Of a DNA stretch of 64,000 nt, positions 47,731-60,534 are shown piece by piece. Both the position numbers and the translations under genes were made by a program. The stretch is from Antedon mediterranea. Its lineage: Eukaryota > Animalia > Echinodermata. Under the pieces are notes generated by a model. The model was given only the letters and a program-made list of their open reading frames with translations, did no database searches and was not told where the DNA came from. The DNA lies in NCBI RefSeq assembly GCF_964355755.1, contig NC_092670.1:734201-798200 (forward strand), given 5' to 3'. How positions within the stretch are numbered: the first letter of the stretch is position 1; every line of letters begins with the position of its first letter.

Positions 47731-50700
47731 TTGCAGCAACAATAGACATTGAATAAATGTTAGACTATCTTGCAGAATATTACTATACTGGAAAACGACC
47801 GTCAACAAAGCTAAAGTGTTCAGAATTGTATAACAGTTTTGTAAATGTTTTATGAGTTACATTAGTCTTTATCAATATTGTGTATTGTATTGTAAATACA
47901 GTACAGTACAGTACAGTACAGTACTACTGATTACTGTATAAATACAGTACTACTGATTACTGTATAAATACAGTACTACTGATTACTTCAAACATTGTCG
48001 ACAGCATTATTAGGATGGACTCGCTATAAATGTAGTCCAAGTGTGAATATTGTCCAGATTGCAGTTGCTGTGGTATGCTATTTTCTTTGTACCAGAATTG
48101 TATGGAAGCATTGGTTGTATAGAATCATAATACAAAATGGATTGAGAATAAATTGATAGTTGACTGTCCCAAGAATGTAGAAAACTGTATTCATTTTCAA
48201 CTCTTATTTCGTAACTCCATAGATAAATATCATTGGTTGTATGTATTACCAAGTTGTGTATAAAACACCATTTGTTTTGACTAAACGTTTGAGGGGTAAA
48301 GTTGACTTTCAACGATAACTTTTTGATAAAGTTCTTGGAGGAGGTGGGGCTCAAGCAAGGTAAAGCATGACGTGATGGAAAAGTTTCATTTTCAGGATTG
48401 TGAATATTATTATCTGTTTATCAGTTTGTTTTGAATCTTGAAATTAAAACTTTTTGTACGAATTATAGCTGTGTGTTCAATATGTGTCTGAATATAGTGG
48501 TTGTGTGCTTATCTGAATTTGCCGAAGACAAACAAACGCTGACGACGTCGCTCTCCCGCGTTTTATGCAAATCTTAATGAGATCTATAATCTAATGATCT
48601 AATGAGATGTGTTTGTATTTTGTGACGCGAAGCACCACTTTTATTCATTCATTTAATTAATATCATGTTTCGGCAAATGATTGAAGTGAATAGCTTGCGT
48701 GCGTTTGAGATTTCACTGGGCATTATGATACAATTTGAACACAACACCCAAAAAAATCCCACTTGCCCGTAAGTTTTACTTGCCCGTAAGTTTTACTTGC
48801 TCGTTTCACCAAACAAAATACTGCAAAACCTTGAAAACTAAACAAACATGACAACAATTTCCGCACATTGAAAATTGTCTTCGATTTCAGATCACGATGT
48901 AGGCCTTATTAAATGAACCTAATCTCTAACTTTAGATCAAGTGTGAATGCAGTTTAAATCCACATATTTGTACGCACATCATTGGAACATTCTGAACACG
49001 TATTAAGTTGACGGATTTGACAAATAATTCCACAAAGTGATATATTTAGAGAGGATGGGAGGAGGGAAGATAAGATAAAACACATCTTCTCAGCTTTGAT
49101 TAATAAGTACCGACAATCGACGTAGTGTGAAACCGAAAACGTATAATATGAACTTTGACCCAAAGAATTACTAGAAAAAAGTCTGTAAACATTTTCTAAG
49201 AATTCAGCATACGATACCACCAATGAATGATATTATAATAATTAATGTAAATAGTTCTGTTTGTTCAAAATGTCAGCAATTGTGAAGAACTGAAGGACGA
49301 ACGGCTGTAGGTCTACTTTAGAAGACATATTGTCCCCCTGAACAAACTATTTTTTCAATTTGTTGCTGAATATGCTATTTTGATGTCACAAAATACTTAT
49401 CTTCAGCCCAAAAAATTGAAGAAAAAAAATATTTACTTGAAAAAACTTTGATTTGATTGTCGGTCAGACAATACATTTTTGGTTAAATAAAACTGTTTTT
49501 TTTTAAAAAAATCATTAGTTTGTTTATTTTTTTTTACGGAAGTGAATAACTTTAGTAAAATTGCAAAATGGCAAAGGCCTATACAAAATCTAGGATTTTA
49601 TTAATTTTAATACTAATACTAATATATCTATTATATAGTGGCCTACATAATATCTAACTGTGTCTATTTTGCATTCAGGTGCAAAGTAAAAGATTACTGC
49701 AGTTTTAGTATTATACTTCCAGAAACTATTGATGTTTGCCTACTGTATGAAGACTGTATGAACACGTACGTAGAGCGGGTTCCATGACGTCATGGATTGT
49801 GCTGGCCAGTCTGAAACTCAATGTATACACACTAGCGAGCAAAATCCCTGACGTCAGTGAAACAGTTCATCCAGTATCAGCGGCGTTTTTGAAAAGTTAT
49901 CACAAGTTGCAGAAACAACCAACGTAAATTGCTAGTTAATACAATACGGTGCTTTTGTCTATCTTACCACAGTGCCACTGGTTTCCTCTCTTCCGATATC
50001 CACAAGATCTGTCGTCACACACAGACTCACGCTTTATGCTGTACTGCAACCGGTCGTTGACTATACCATATATCCGCAATTTTAGTTTTTAGCCTAACAG
50101 CTTCGTTTCAAAACCTTTCTTGATATTTTATATTGCTGTTGACCACAATAGTGGAATTCAATTTCAATTAAAACTTTATCTGAGACAAATATTCAATATG
50201 CAATGATAATAAGATTATTGATCTAGGCCTTGTTCGTTAAAATCTCGAGGAGAAAAAAATAGAATAATGATGTCAGTGATAGTGATGTCAGTGATAATGA
50301 TGTCAGTGATAGTGGTCGAAAACAACAAATAAATATATCTATTTTGTAGACGTGCGCGTGAGTAAAGCGGTGTCGTTCTTTCGCTGACAATTTAATTTTT
50401 TTTCAATTTATAAATTGTACAACAGAAATAATATATTTATGCTTACCATGTGAAAGCGACCTTCCGTATATTATTAGGGTATTTTACCATCAGCAGAAAC
50501 AGGGCCATATTCGTTGATTTACCGTATACCACTGGTTGAGAACATCCCTAATCTTTCATGTATGCCTACGTCCCATTTCGTCAGTGTGAATCGACCAAGT
50601 TGAACTATTAGCTAAGCCACCATACAGTTTATTTATTTAAAGTAGTACCCAACTCTATAAAATGAACGCAAATAAACTCAGTAACAAAACTAATTCGTTT

Positions 50701-53700
50701 ATATAAGATCAAGTTCGAAACTGAGTCGTATTTCGAAGTAAAACAATGATTTTTTTTTTCACATTTATGAGAAAATAACATTTTCCCTTTTTGGAAAATT
50801 ACACTGGAAATACAATACTTGGAAAATTCAATTTCCCCGTTGAAGTTGAGTAAGGTTTCCTTTACGTGATTCGTCATTTAAAAAGTAAAAGTATATTTTG
50901 GACAGTATTACGGACATCAACTCGATCTTTGTAAGTATTAGGTAATGTCTTAAATAACATTAATAAACTTGTGAGGTATTGTTTTTTGCCGGTGGCAGCA
51001 CAATTCGCTTACACAAAAGCATTCTTTGTATTTTACATACCTTGTCTGCAGATAGAACCTACTGACGGAGATAACAGTATCAGCCTACACCTAGACTTTC
51101 TACTATCTATCAGCTGAAGAATCCGATGTCTTCCTCTACTTTGGACCTTCCCCTCTTTGGACTTTTTACCTTGAACAATAAGACCCCAACACCCCATATG
51201 CCCTTCACCATAAAAAAACCAAAGCAAGAACAAAAACATTTCTTGTTCACTTCACAACACATACAGTAAAACATGTATAGTATAAAATATATTTCTATCT
51301 GCGTTTTAGTAACCAAAGCTCCCACAGTTGTGAATACTGTATAGAGAAATTGGACCAGAGTGTTATCAGTTTGAAGGACTGAAATTATTCACTAATACTG
51401 TCCAATGCTTGTGAAAATAACAGATGTTGTGGCGTGTTTTTTTGTTGTTTTTTTTTTTGTTTTTTTTTTGGTTTTTTTTATTCATACTTTTGAAAGGGAC
51501 AAGCAAAAAAGGACAAATTTAAAGAAAATATATCATGCCTTTTCTTTAAATTTGTCCTTTTTTGGACAGGCCTAAAGGAATAAGAAAAATAAAATAAAAT
51601 TTATATATTTTTTAGGAATCAAATTAGGAAGTAAAAATAGTCGTACCATATCTAAATTTAAAAAAAGTACCAATCAGTAGACTACAGACGATGTCAAATA
51701 CTTGTATACGTTTCAGCAACTTGTTATTATAGGCATGTTATCAGTAATTTATCACGAGCTATTTTAAATTATGATTTGTGACTAAAATACGAGGGCAAAT
51801 CCCTTTGAGATGTAGTAGAAATCAAAAGCTAACATTTCTTATTAATACCTTATTTTTAACTTTCACTTGAGAACTGCCAGAAATTAAAAAAGGGAATTTC
51901 CCTATTTATAGCCATAATCAGTCAGCCATATCCAGTATAGGCTCGGGTGCACAAAAACGTCGATATATTTAAATAAATCCACAAACAGCTTTCCGTGGAG
52001 ACTCGAATTGAAATAGCCAATTGAATAAACCCCGAAAGTCAAAATAAACTCTTTACATTATTTGGACCATCATGTACCACCGGTAAAAAGCTTCGATGAG
52101 CGTGACTTGCATTGCAAACGAAGATTTTCAAAACTTTCTGAACTGTGGTTGAGAAGCATCCGTTAACAAGTCATAGGCGGGCCTAGGAATTTATAATGAC
52201 CAAAACTAGCGCTATCCTGTACGTTGACGCTGAAGCAGATGCTAATCGACATTTCTGATTTGGAACAATCGTTTTAATGAATAAAAAAACAATTTTATTC
52301 AAAAATAAAATTATAAAGAGGGCCGAGACTGAGATAATGAATTGGACCAAAAACAATTTTTTATTCAAAAAAATAAAACGACAAAAGAGGGCCGAGAATA
52401 TTTTAGATTATCGCTGTTAAACACCGGGAAGGAAAAGTAAAAGTGTTTAGTAGGCCTACCGTATTGATAAATATGCGTTTTAATTTAAATTAATTTTAAA
52501 TTTTTCCATGCAGGAAAGAAGACCGACTAAAAACAACAGAGGTTAAAAAGTTCAGAAGAAATTGGGTAAAACAACGGTAAGTTGAAGCAGGGAATAGTCA
52601 CTCTTCCTTGGTTCAAGTAAACCACCACACCGCCACCGGGATTCACTTTGTAGGCTGCTTAATTATAGACAAATCAACCAAGCTGCGATGATGATCGAGG
52701 TTAAGCACAGAATGATATAATATCATATCAATTTACCAAACCATGATTTTACTAGGGCCTAAAAATGATAGGTGAATAATGAATTTTGAACAGTACATTC
52801 GGGCTTTAAAAAGTTATTCAAAGCGGTCGTTGCTGAAGTCAAAATCATCCCTAGGCTATTCACTTTTTAACACAAAATTCATCGTTTTTGTGTTGTAGTT
52901 TTCAACTTTCGTCTGATATCATATTCACAAGCATATTGTACGTAAATTAAGATTTTTTAATGTATTGTATTAGTATAATTAATGTATAAACTTTATTTCA
53001 TGGTTTTGATTTTAAGAGAACTGTATAATATTGTTTTGTCGCCGCCGAGAAAAAATTTTTAAAGAATTTGAGATTTAAATATTTTATACATAAGAAAAAA
53101 TAATAACATCAAACTATTATTATTTATAGAAATAACAAAACAAAAAAACACAGTTACCAAATAAATAACAATTATCTATAAAGAAAAACCAATAGGCCTA
53201 CATGAATTAAGGGGGGAAATAGATTAACAACAAGTAAATAAAATAATTGATGCTAAATAAAATTAAAAACAATTGTAATGTCATTGAAATGTACTGTTTT
53301 TTTTTAAATCCATACTGGATATTTCTTTTTTTTAATAAAAAATAAAGTAGAAAAAAAAGTTTACAATTACAGTCTTTGTGTTAATGTATATGTTATTTTG
53401 TGCATGCTTATGACAACATACTTTATATGAATGGTTGCAAATGTAAAATGCTTTAATATAGGAATATACAAAAATTAGGAATTAGTTTAACGATAACTTA
53501 ACTATAAAACTATTGGCCTAAGAGGATGCATAACTTGCATTGGGCCGGCCGTTGGATGCCATTTATAGCGTACTGAACTTTGACCTAAACGCATTAGTAA
53601 CTGTTTCATTTAGTTTAGTAACCGATAAGTCAATCATCTAAAATCACATTATAGTTACATTTACAAATATTAAATAAAACTACAAACAAAACACAAACCA

Positions 53701-56609
53701 GAACACTAAAAAACCGAAAAATACGACCGAAAAATAAACTTTAAAAAAGACAAAATGCGTAGGCCTATTGATTTGTTTTCTTTGTTGTTGTAATATACAA
53801 ATGCAATTTGTTAGCTATAAATTATTCTACCACCCAATTGGTACTAAGATTTTTCTATCCGATTTCTTGTGGTGGTGCACATTCGTTTGGTCTCCTGAAA
53901 GGGACGTGACCGTTATTGGTACTTAGGCTACTGCCTAAAATAATGTACGCGTAAAATATATACCTCGGTGCATTCATATATTCGAATTTGAAACCCACAT
54001 ACGACAACAAAAGTTTTACTATGGTGAAATAACATAAAACATAATAGAATATAGTTTGAATATTTAAAGTTAGAAATTTAAAAAGTTTGTAGTGTTTTTA
54101 AAAAATAAAATGGCTAAACCACTAGGCCTATAAAACTATGCTTACTATCAGTCTGCAATTGACTAACAAATAATTTTCAACAAAATAATGTATGTTTGGA
54201 TATATTTAAAGTTATAATTCCAAGACGAAAAAGAAATCAAACAAGTTTGGATTGTTTAAATTATAAAATGGCTATAAAAGTTATTTATTGACTAACAAAT
54301 AATTAAAAAAACTATTCATATAGGGCCTATAGGCCTTTACTCAACACGAATCCAAAAAGGGTAAAAGTAATGTGAAAACTTAATATTTCAATCTACTAAT
54401 ATATTGATGAAAAGTTTCCGATTTATTATTTATTTATTATTTATTTGTTATTTATTTATTATTTATTTGTTATTTATTTGTTGTTAGGCCTATAAACAAT
54501 GTTCCTTACCCATTATTATAAATTAAATCAAGTAGCAAAATTTGTTTCTGCTTATGTATTATCTTATAGGCCTAACCCAGCAACATGATGTTAAAATGAG
54601 TATGTGTTATAAATGTCCAAATAATGTGTATATACTTAGGCCTACAATAGTAATGTTTAATGAATACCAATATTGAATGTATGCTGCTGTAATTTTCCCG
54701 CCTTTAATATGATAATGATGATACCACTAGTTATATGATATTGTATTTATTGTACAGAATAATATTCATTCATCTATATGTTGAAACTTGGACCATAAAA
54801 GTTAATGGAAATTAAATGATAGAAGTAGGTATATTCATTATATACTAACATGTTTAAACCTAGCCCAAATATTAAAACTTAATGGAAATTAAATTATAAT
54901 GATGGGATATTTGTAACATGCATAGGTATAAGTTTATAATTATCGCAGTATAAAACAACATAGGGCCTATTATATTAAAATCATACTATCATGTTGATTG
55001 GTTCAAAAAAATAAATTTAATTTATATTTAGTGCCCATAATTTTGAAATTCCTTGAGCAGAGATGTGCGCTGTTTAAATGATAGGATACAAAATTAAGGT
55101 GTGTCAATCTGTAATTTATATTGAATAAATTCGTCAAATTATTGTTGTTATATTGGGTCAGTCTGGTGGTGCTGAAACTTTTTTTAAAACCCTATTTAAC
55201 GTACATTTACTACATGCAAAAGACATACAATCTGATGTTCAGTACTGGTGGTATATGGAGTGTGAGCCATGTACTAGTCGATCTAGCCGATCTTTTAGCC
55301 TGACTTCTTGTAGCCTAGGAATTGCAGAATCAAATTAGAATTTCAGATAAAATGTTGCAGTTTAATAATACAAGACATATTTTCTGTAAACCTTAGTGTT
55401 TTAGCAAATGTAATAGTACTATAATCGGTACATGATCCTCTTAACTAATGAATGACTGTCGTCGGTACCTAGTACACTCGGTTTAATAGCAAAGCAGCTG
55501 CATGGCCACTATGAGTAGGCCTACAAATATCATTATTATTATTAAGACTTACCTTTTATACTTTATACGTTGATCTAACGTAATTTGGTAGAATATGTAT
55601 CTTCTGCAAAAACGTGGACCACCACCCCTGGTCAGAAAATACAGTCCTCATTTTTCTGAGACGAACTTAAAGCCATGTGTAGCCTACTTACTCGCAGTTT
55701 CGATTCATGCCCCTTCCTGGGGTTCAGCTCGCTCGCCTTGTTAATCAGAGAATCCAATTAAAGTCTATATTTTCTTGAATGTATATTTGCATAAACTACT
55801 GCAATTTCGACTTCTTGTTACCAGCAATATCACTAAAAATTAAGAGTTTTCGGCGGCAAGTTCATTGCAATATACTAGGTATATCTGTATTATGACGTAG
55901 TCAATTTCCTTTCGTTGAATATTCATGATTATACCGAAAACATGCATATGCATGTTTCTCAGAAAAAATCTGGATTGACCAATCAGAATGGAGTAAACCA
56001 ATTACGCCTTATAAAGGCTTGGAACGTATGCATTGTGTGTATTATACGGTATAATAGTTGCTGACCTTTCTATACCAATATGGAGATATCTATGTTTTAT
56101 TAAATGTAGATAGACTTATTAAAAGTATCTCTCTTTTTATTGGAACGAGTTAAAATAACTTAAAAATAAATGATAAATGGCATGACCATCATGCTATTGA
56201 AATTTACAATTAAAACATATTGTTTAATCTCTGAACAAAGTCCATTTACTGAATTTGACCGAAAAGCATACAGACTTCAGAACTGTTATTTTCGTATTAG
56301 AAAATTTAAGAGAAACCATAGCACACAGCAGATATAAACAATATTTACATAAAATAAAAATTGTATATAACATTATGTAATAAACTGTCCCTGTAAGATC
56401 CCTGCAACATTGTAACAATGTAAATGTATATTGTTTAATTGTTTAATAAATGTGATTAAATAATGTCAATGATGTTCATTATAATAAATAATCTTCATGT
56501 ATGTAAAATCGTGATAAAATAAATCCCTAAAAATATTAACACTTTATGGAAATTATCCTACTGTAGTTACTGCACCTACACCTCTACAATAATGTAGGCC
56601 TATGGTTTC

Positions 56610-56611
56610 GT

Positions 56612-56641
<30 letters not shown>
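56610..56641. repeat. (TTG)n microsatellite
   Basis: About 10 perfect TTG units. Confidence 0.9.
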
Positions 56642-56642
<1 letters not shown>

Positions 56643-56992
56643 GAGACTGCAGTAATTAAGCGGGTGTAGGGGCTCAATTTTCAGACACTTATTACCCCAG
56701 AAAACAATTAAAAGCTTGCTAAATACTTTAATAAGCAGGTTAAGAGAGCCAACAAATACTGCAGTAACTAACAAGATACAATCTTGTCACGTAATAATTA
56801 CTTTAAAGGGCTTTAATAAACAGGTTCAGAGCCACAAAATTCAGTTACACTGCAGCAAAATTAATTTAAACAAATGTTTGTGATTTAGGAGCTAAACATT
56901 CTATAAAGTATATTTATATAAGAAAGCTTTAGAGCAGAAAAGTAAAGATACAAACTTTTTAAAATGTTATTAAAGAGAAAAGTAAAAACACT

Positions 56993-57324
56993 TGAAGATG
57001 TATTGTCCCCCAAAAACATGAAAAATTCAGGTTATTAAATCATACTTTGAATAGGTTGTTTTGTAGTTTTAATGAAGTCAATCACAAAAATAATGTTTTC
57101 ACTTATAAAATAACAAAATAAATGGTTATATTCAACCAAAAGCCCATTAGCTGACAGCATGTTTTGCTTTAAATTACATTTTTTTTTTCAGGTACAGTAA
57201 ATACATTGTTTTAGTTCAGATTTTTGGTCAAAGTGGATAACTATGTGACATTAAAATTGAATATTTAACAACAATTTTTTAAGAATTATTTTGTCACAGG
57301 GGGACAATAGGGGTAAATCTTTGA
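56993..57324. mobile_element. Degenerate MITE with AAGATGTATTGTCCCC / GGGGACAATA ends
   Basis: Inverted ends; a related left end AAGACATATTGTCCCCC occurs at ~49322. Confidence 0.5.
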
Positions 57325-57817
57325 AAAAGCTACTTCTGATACACGCAACGAATATAGGCCACGCCTTACCGTCCTTATTGCAACACCAAAGAGATAGGAA
57401 AGGGAAAATAGGAAGACTAGTGAACATAAATTTGGCTTGTAAACATGAGAATAATATTGTATTTATGCATACAACAGAATGTATTATGGTATCAACATTG
57501 AATCATCCAGGCTTCATAACAAAATGATGGAGATCCTGAAATGATCTGATACCACCGGTGTCTTTTTTATGTTTTTTTTTTTTAATTTATTTTTTATTTC
57601 AACTGTTTTTTCTAATGTGATGCAATTGATTTTGTAACTATGGAGATACATATCCGAAATAAACGTAAAATGAAATGAATAGCCAATATAAAAGTTATGC
57701 TGTCTCATGCCAAGAAATCCGAGGCATAGGCCAGTCTGTAGGCCTAGGCTATACAGTAGTATACAGTATTACACTCTCCTCTGGGACACCCATATTACCA
57801 CCTTTTTGACACTTTCC

Positions 57818-58136
57818 CCAGCCTGAACGAGAAGGTGAATACATAACACTACGACTGACTTCATTCTGGGGACACTGATGGAACCGTGTTTAGGTTCCAG
57901 CCTGAACGAGGAGTTGAATACATAACACTACGACTGACTCCATTCTGGGGACACTGATGGAACCGTGTTTAGGTCCCAGCCTGAACGAGGAGGTGAATAC
58001 ATAACACTACGACTGACTTCATTCTAGGGACACTGATGGAACCGTGTTTAGGTCCCAGCCTGAACGAGGAGGTGAATACATAACACTACGACTGACTCCA
58101 TTCTAGGGACACTGATGGAACCGTGTTTAGGTTCCA
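57818..58136. repeat. 79-bp tandem repeat x4, probably inside a MITE
   Basis: Units start at 57818, 57897, 57976 and 58055. Confidence 0.9.
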
Positions 58137-58585
58137 AAAGTGTTCCCTTAATAAGTATTCTATTCTAGAAAGCCATAAAATGACCACGACGGCTGCGCAT
58201 TCAGATCGTGTTTTTTGGAAATATTGTTATAATTCAGCAAATCAAGCGATTGTTTGTATACACCAAAGCAAAGTCCAGTAGTGAATTAACAAAAGAAGAA
58301 ATTCGTTCGCTGATTTTATTTAACCATAACTCAGTTGTTATTATTATTCCGAACGTAAATTGAAATTCTATTAAACATTTACTTTATTGCAATCTTTACA
58401 GATTTGAAGTTTGAAATATTATAATAAAAAATAATCCTGATTATGCAAATGGGTGATGTCCTCTGATTTAGGCCTACGGTATAAAAATGGAGCCATGTAT
58501 AAATAACAGGACGTCACTGATAAAGCATACTACGGTGGCCTATAAGTGTCACGGCAACTTATAGGCCACCGTAACATACCCTAAA

Positions 58586-58762
58586 GGCCAATTTACACAG
58601 ACGTCGAGCGGTAACGGACGGTAATAACAATATTATGTTATTCCTTATGACCATTTACACACAATGTGGAGCGGCAGGTGGTTTCTGCTCAGGATAGATA
58701 CAGATTCTACGTGGGACAAGCTACGCGGTTTCCCGCTTACCGTTACCGCCCCCATCTGTAAA
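58586..58762. mobile_element. MITE family G, second copy
   Basis: Begins AGGCCAATTTACACAGACG; body matches 27456-27625. Confidence 0.6.
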
Positions 58763-59987
58763 ATAAAACAAATGAAATGCTCTTGTCTGTTGTTCGAAAT
58801 GCTATTCAAGTTCAAGTGCTTTTCGGCATGACTGAATGAACATGAGCTGGCCGAAAGTATACATCGTGTGTTCGACATGGAACAATTCATCGACGCGCAG
58901 GAATAATTATGCTGAAAAGAGACTCTTGTTTTCTACAGAAGGTGACATTGTTTATGCTGCAGCGTACTGTATCCGGAAAGGAAACATTGTGGACACGGTG
59001 ATATTTAGGGGAAGTCCTACTGATAGCAGTGACGTCATACACTTAAAACTACAGATACAGATGTATGATAGTGCTTCCATGTTACAGTCGTGCTTCATTA
59101 TGCGTAGGCCTACGTTTGTAACCCCATATTAGTACTTGAGGTATACACGTGAAATCATAAATTTAATGATTGTGTCAGAGGGGCGGCGACTTAATATTTG
59201 TAAAATAATAAATATTTTGTCACATATGCCGTTTCTTATTTCCAGACAAAAATAGAAACTCCAACTGGTGGTAGACAAGGGAGCAGTAACCATGCTTGAC
59301 TCGGGAAAATCGACGTCTGTCTGGCCTACTACAGCTAGTATTGTTGTTTGGTAAACATTAACATGAAATATAATACATCAGATCAACACATAATAAAACA
59401 CAATGAAATTAATACAAATACACAATTTACACAAATGCAATAAAAACACAAACTGTTGAAAAGGGAAAATGTTACTAATAACTGGCCAATCAGCAGAAGT
59501 TACAATTGATATTTTGTTTCGCTTCGATATCAAACATGGGGGCGCTATTTTATGCTTTTAAGATTGATCTATTTGGCGTATACTTTCATATGATAATTAG
59601 CTTCTAAACTTCAACTCACCACGTGATCGGTAACATAAATATGAAATAACTTTTAAATAATAAGAAAATAAAATTGGCTATCTAAGTTTTAAAATGATTT
59701 GCTTTTGTAATTCAAAATAAAACTAGTTCACTCGTAAACATGGCAAAAAGATACGTTGAGGACCCGGTTGAGGAGTAACCAGAGTATGTCGACGCCCTCT
59801 ATGATCTTCGTGGTATATTTTGTATTACAGTGTAACAGAATACTGCAACAGTAAATACATTTTCGTAGGGGGAAAACTACGAGTTTATTTACAGAAGAAT
59901 AATGATAATAAAAAAAAATAACTGCATATGATATAATATGACTGTTATGAGTCCATTATGAAATAGATAATTAGATTAGATTTTGGT

Positions 59988-60534
59988 GGTAATCAAGCGC
60001 CAAAACTGGTCCGGTCGGATCGATTTTGGCGTTGAGAAACAGCCGCTAAAACAGGTCTGACTAGGCCAAAACTGGTCCGGCCTTTAAAATCGCGTAATTT
60101 ATTTTTTTAAATGTGGTAAGAAGCCTGCAAACAGTTCAAATGGTTAAAGTAAACTATGCTTAAAGTAAATATACTAAATATTACCGTACAAATGAAAAGA
60201 AATTATCGAAACACTAATTAAACTCTAATCGGCTTTTGGGATATTCTATTGTTCAGTTCGTTTAAAACTAATAGCGCCTCTAGTAATTTTATATTATGTC
60301 TAAGAACCGAACGCCGATTTATTCTTGCACATTTGTAATCTCTCCGTTTCGATAATTTCTTTTCGATTTACTCTAAGCATAGTTTACTTCAACCATTTGG
60401 ACTTTTTCCAGGCTTCTTATGACATTTTTAAGGATAAATAAGCGATTTTGAAGACCGGACCAGTTTGGCCTAGCCGGACCTGTTTTAGCGGCTGTTTCAA
60501 CGCCAAAATCGATCCGACCAAATTTCGCGTTACA
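59988..60534. mobile_element. Foldback/MITE with ~180-bp imperfect inverted arms
   Basis: GGTCGGATCGATTTTGGCGTTGA..CAGCCGCTAAAACAGGTC..AGTAAACTATGCTT is mirrored at 60365-60520; the right end is TTACA. Confidence 0.75.

Noticed and set aside
48010-48354. 114-aa minus-strand ORF downstream of PARN
   Set aside because: Non-ATG start, no recognisable motif and no in-frame exon chain found. Probably PARN 3' UTR or intergenic DNA.
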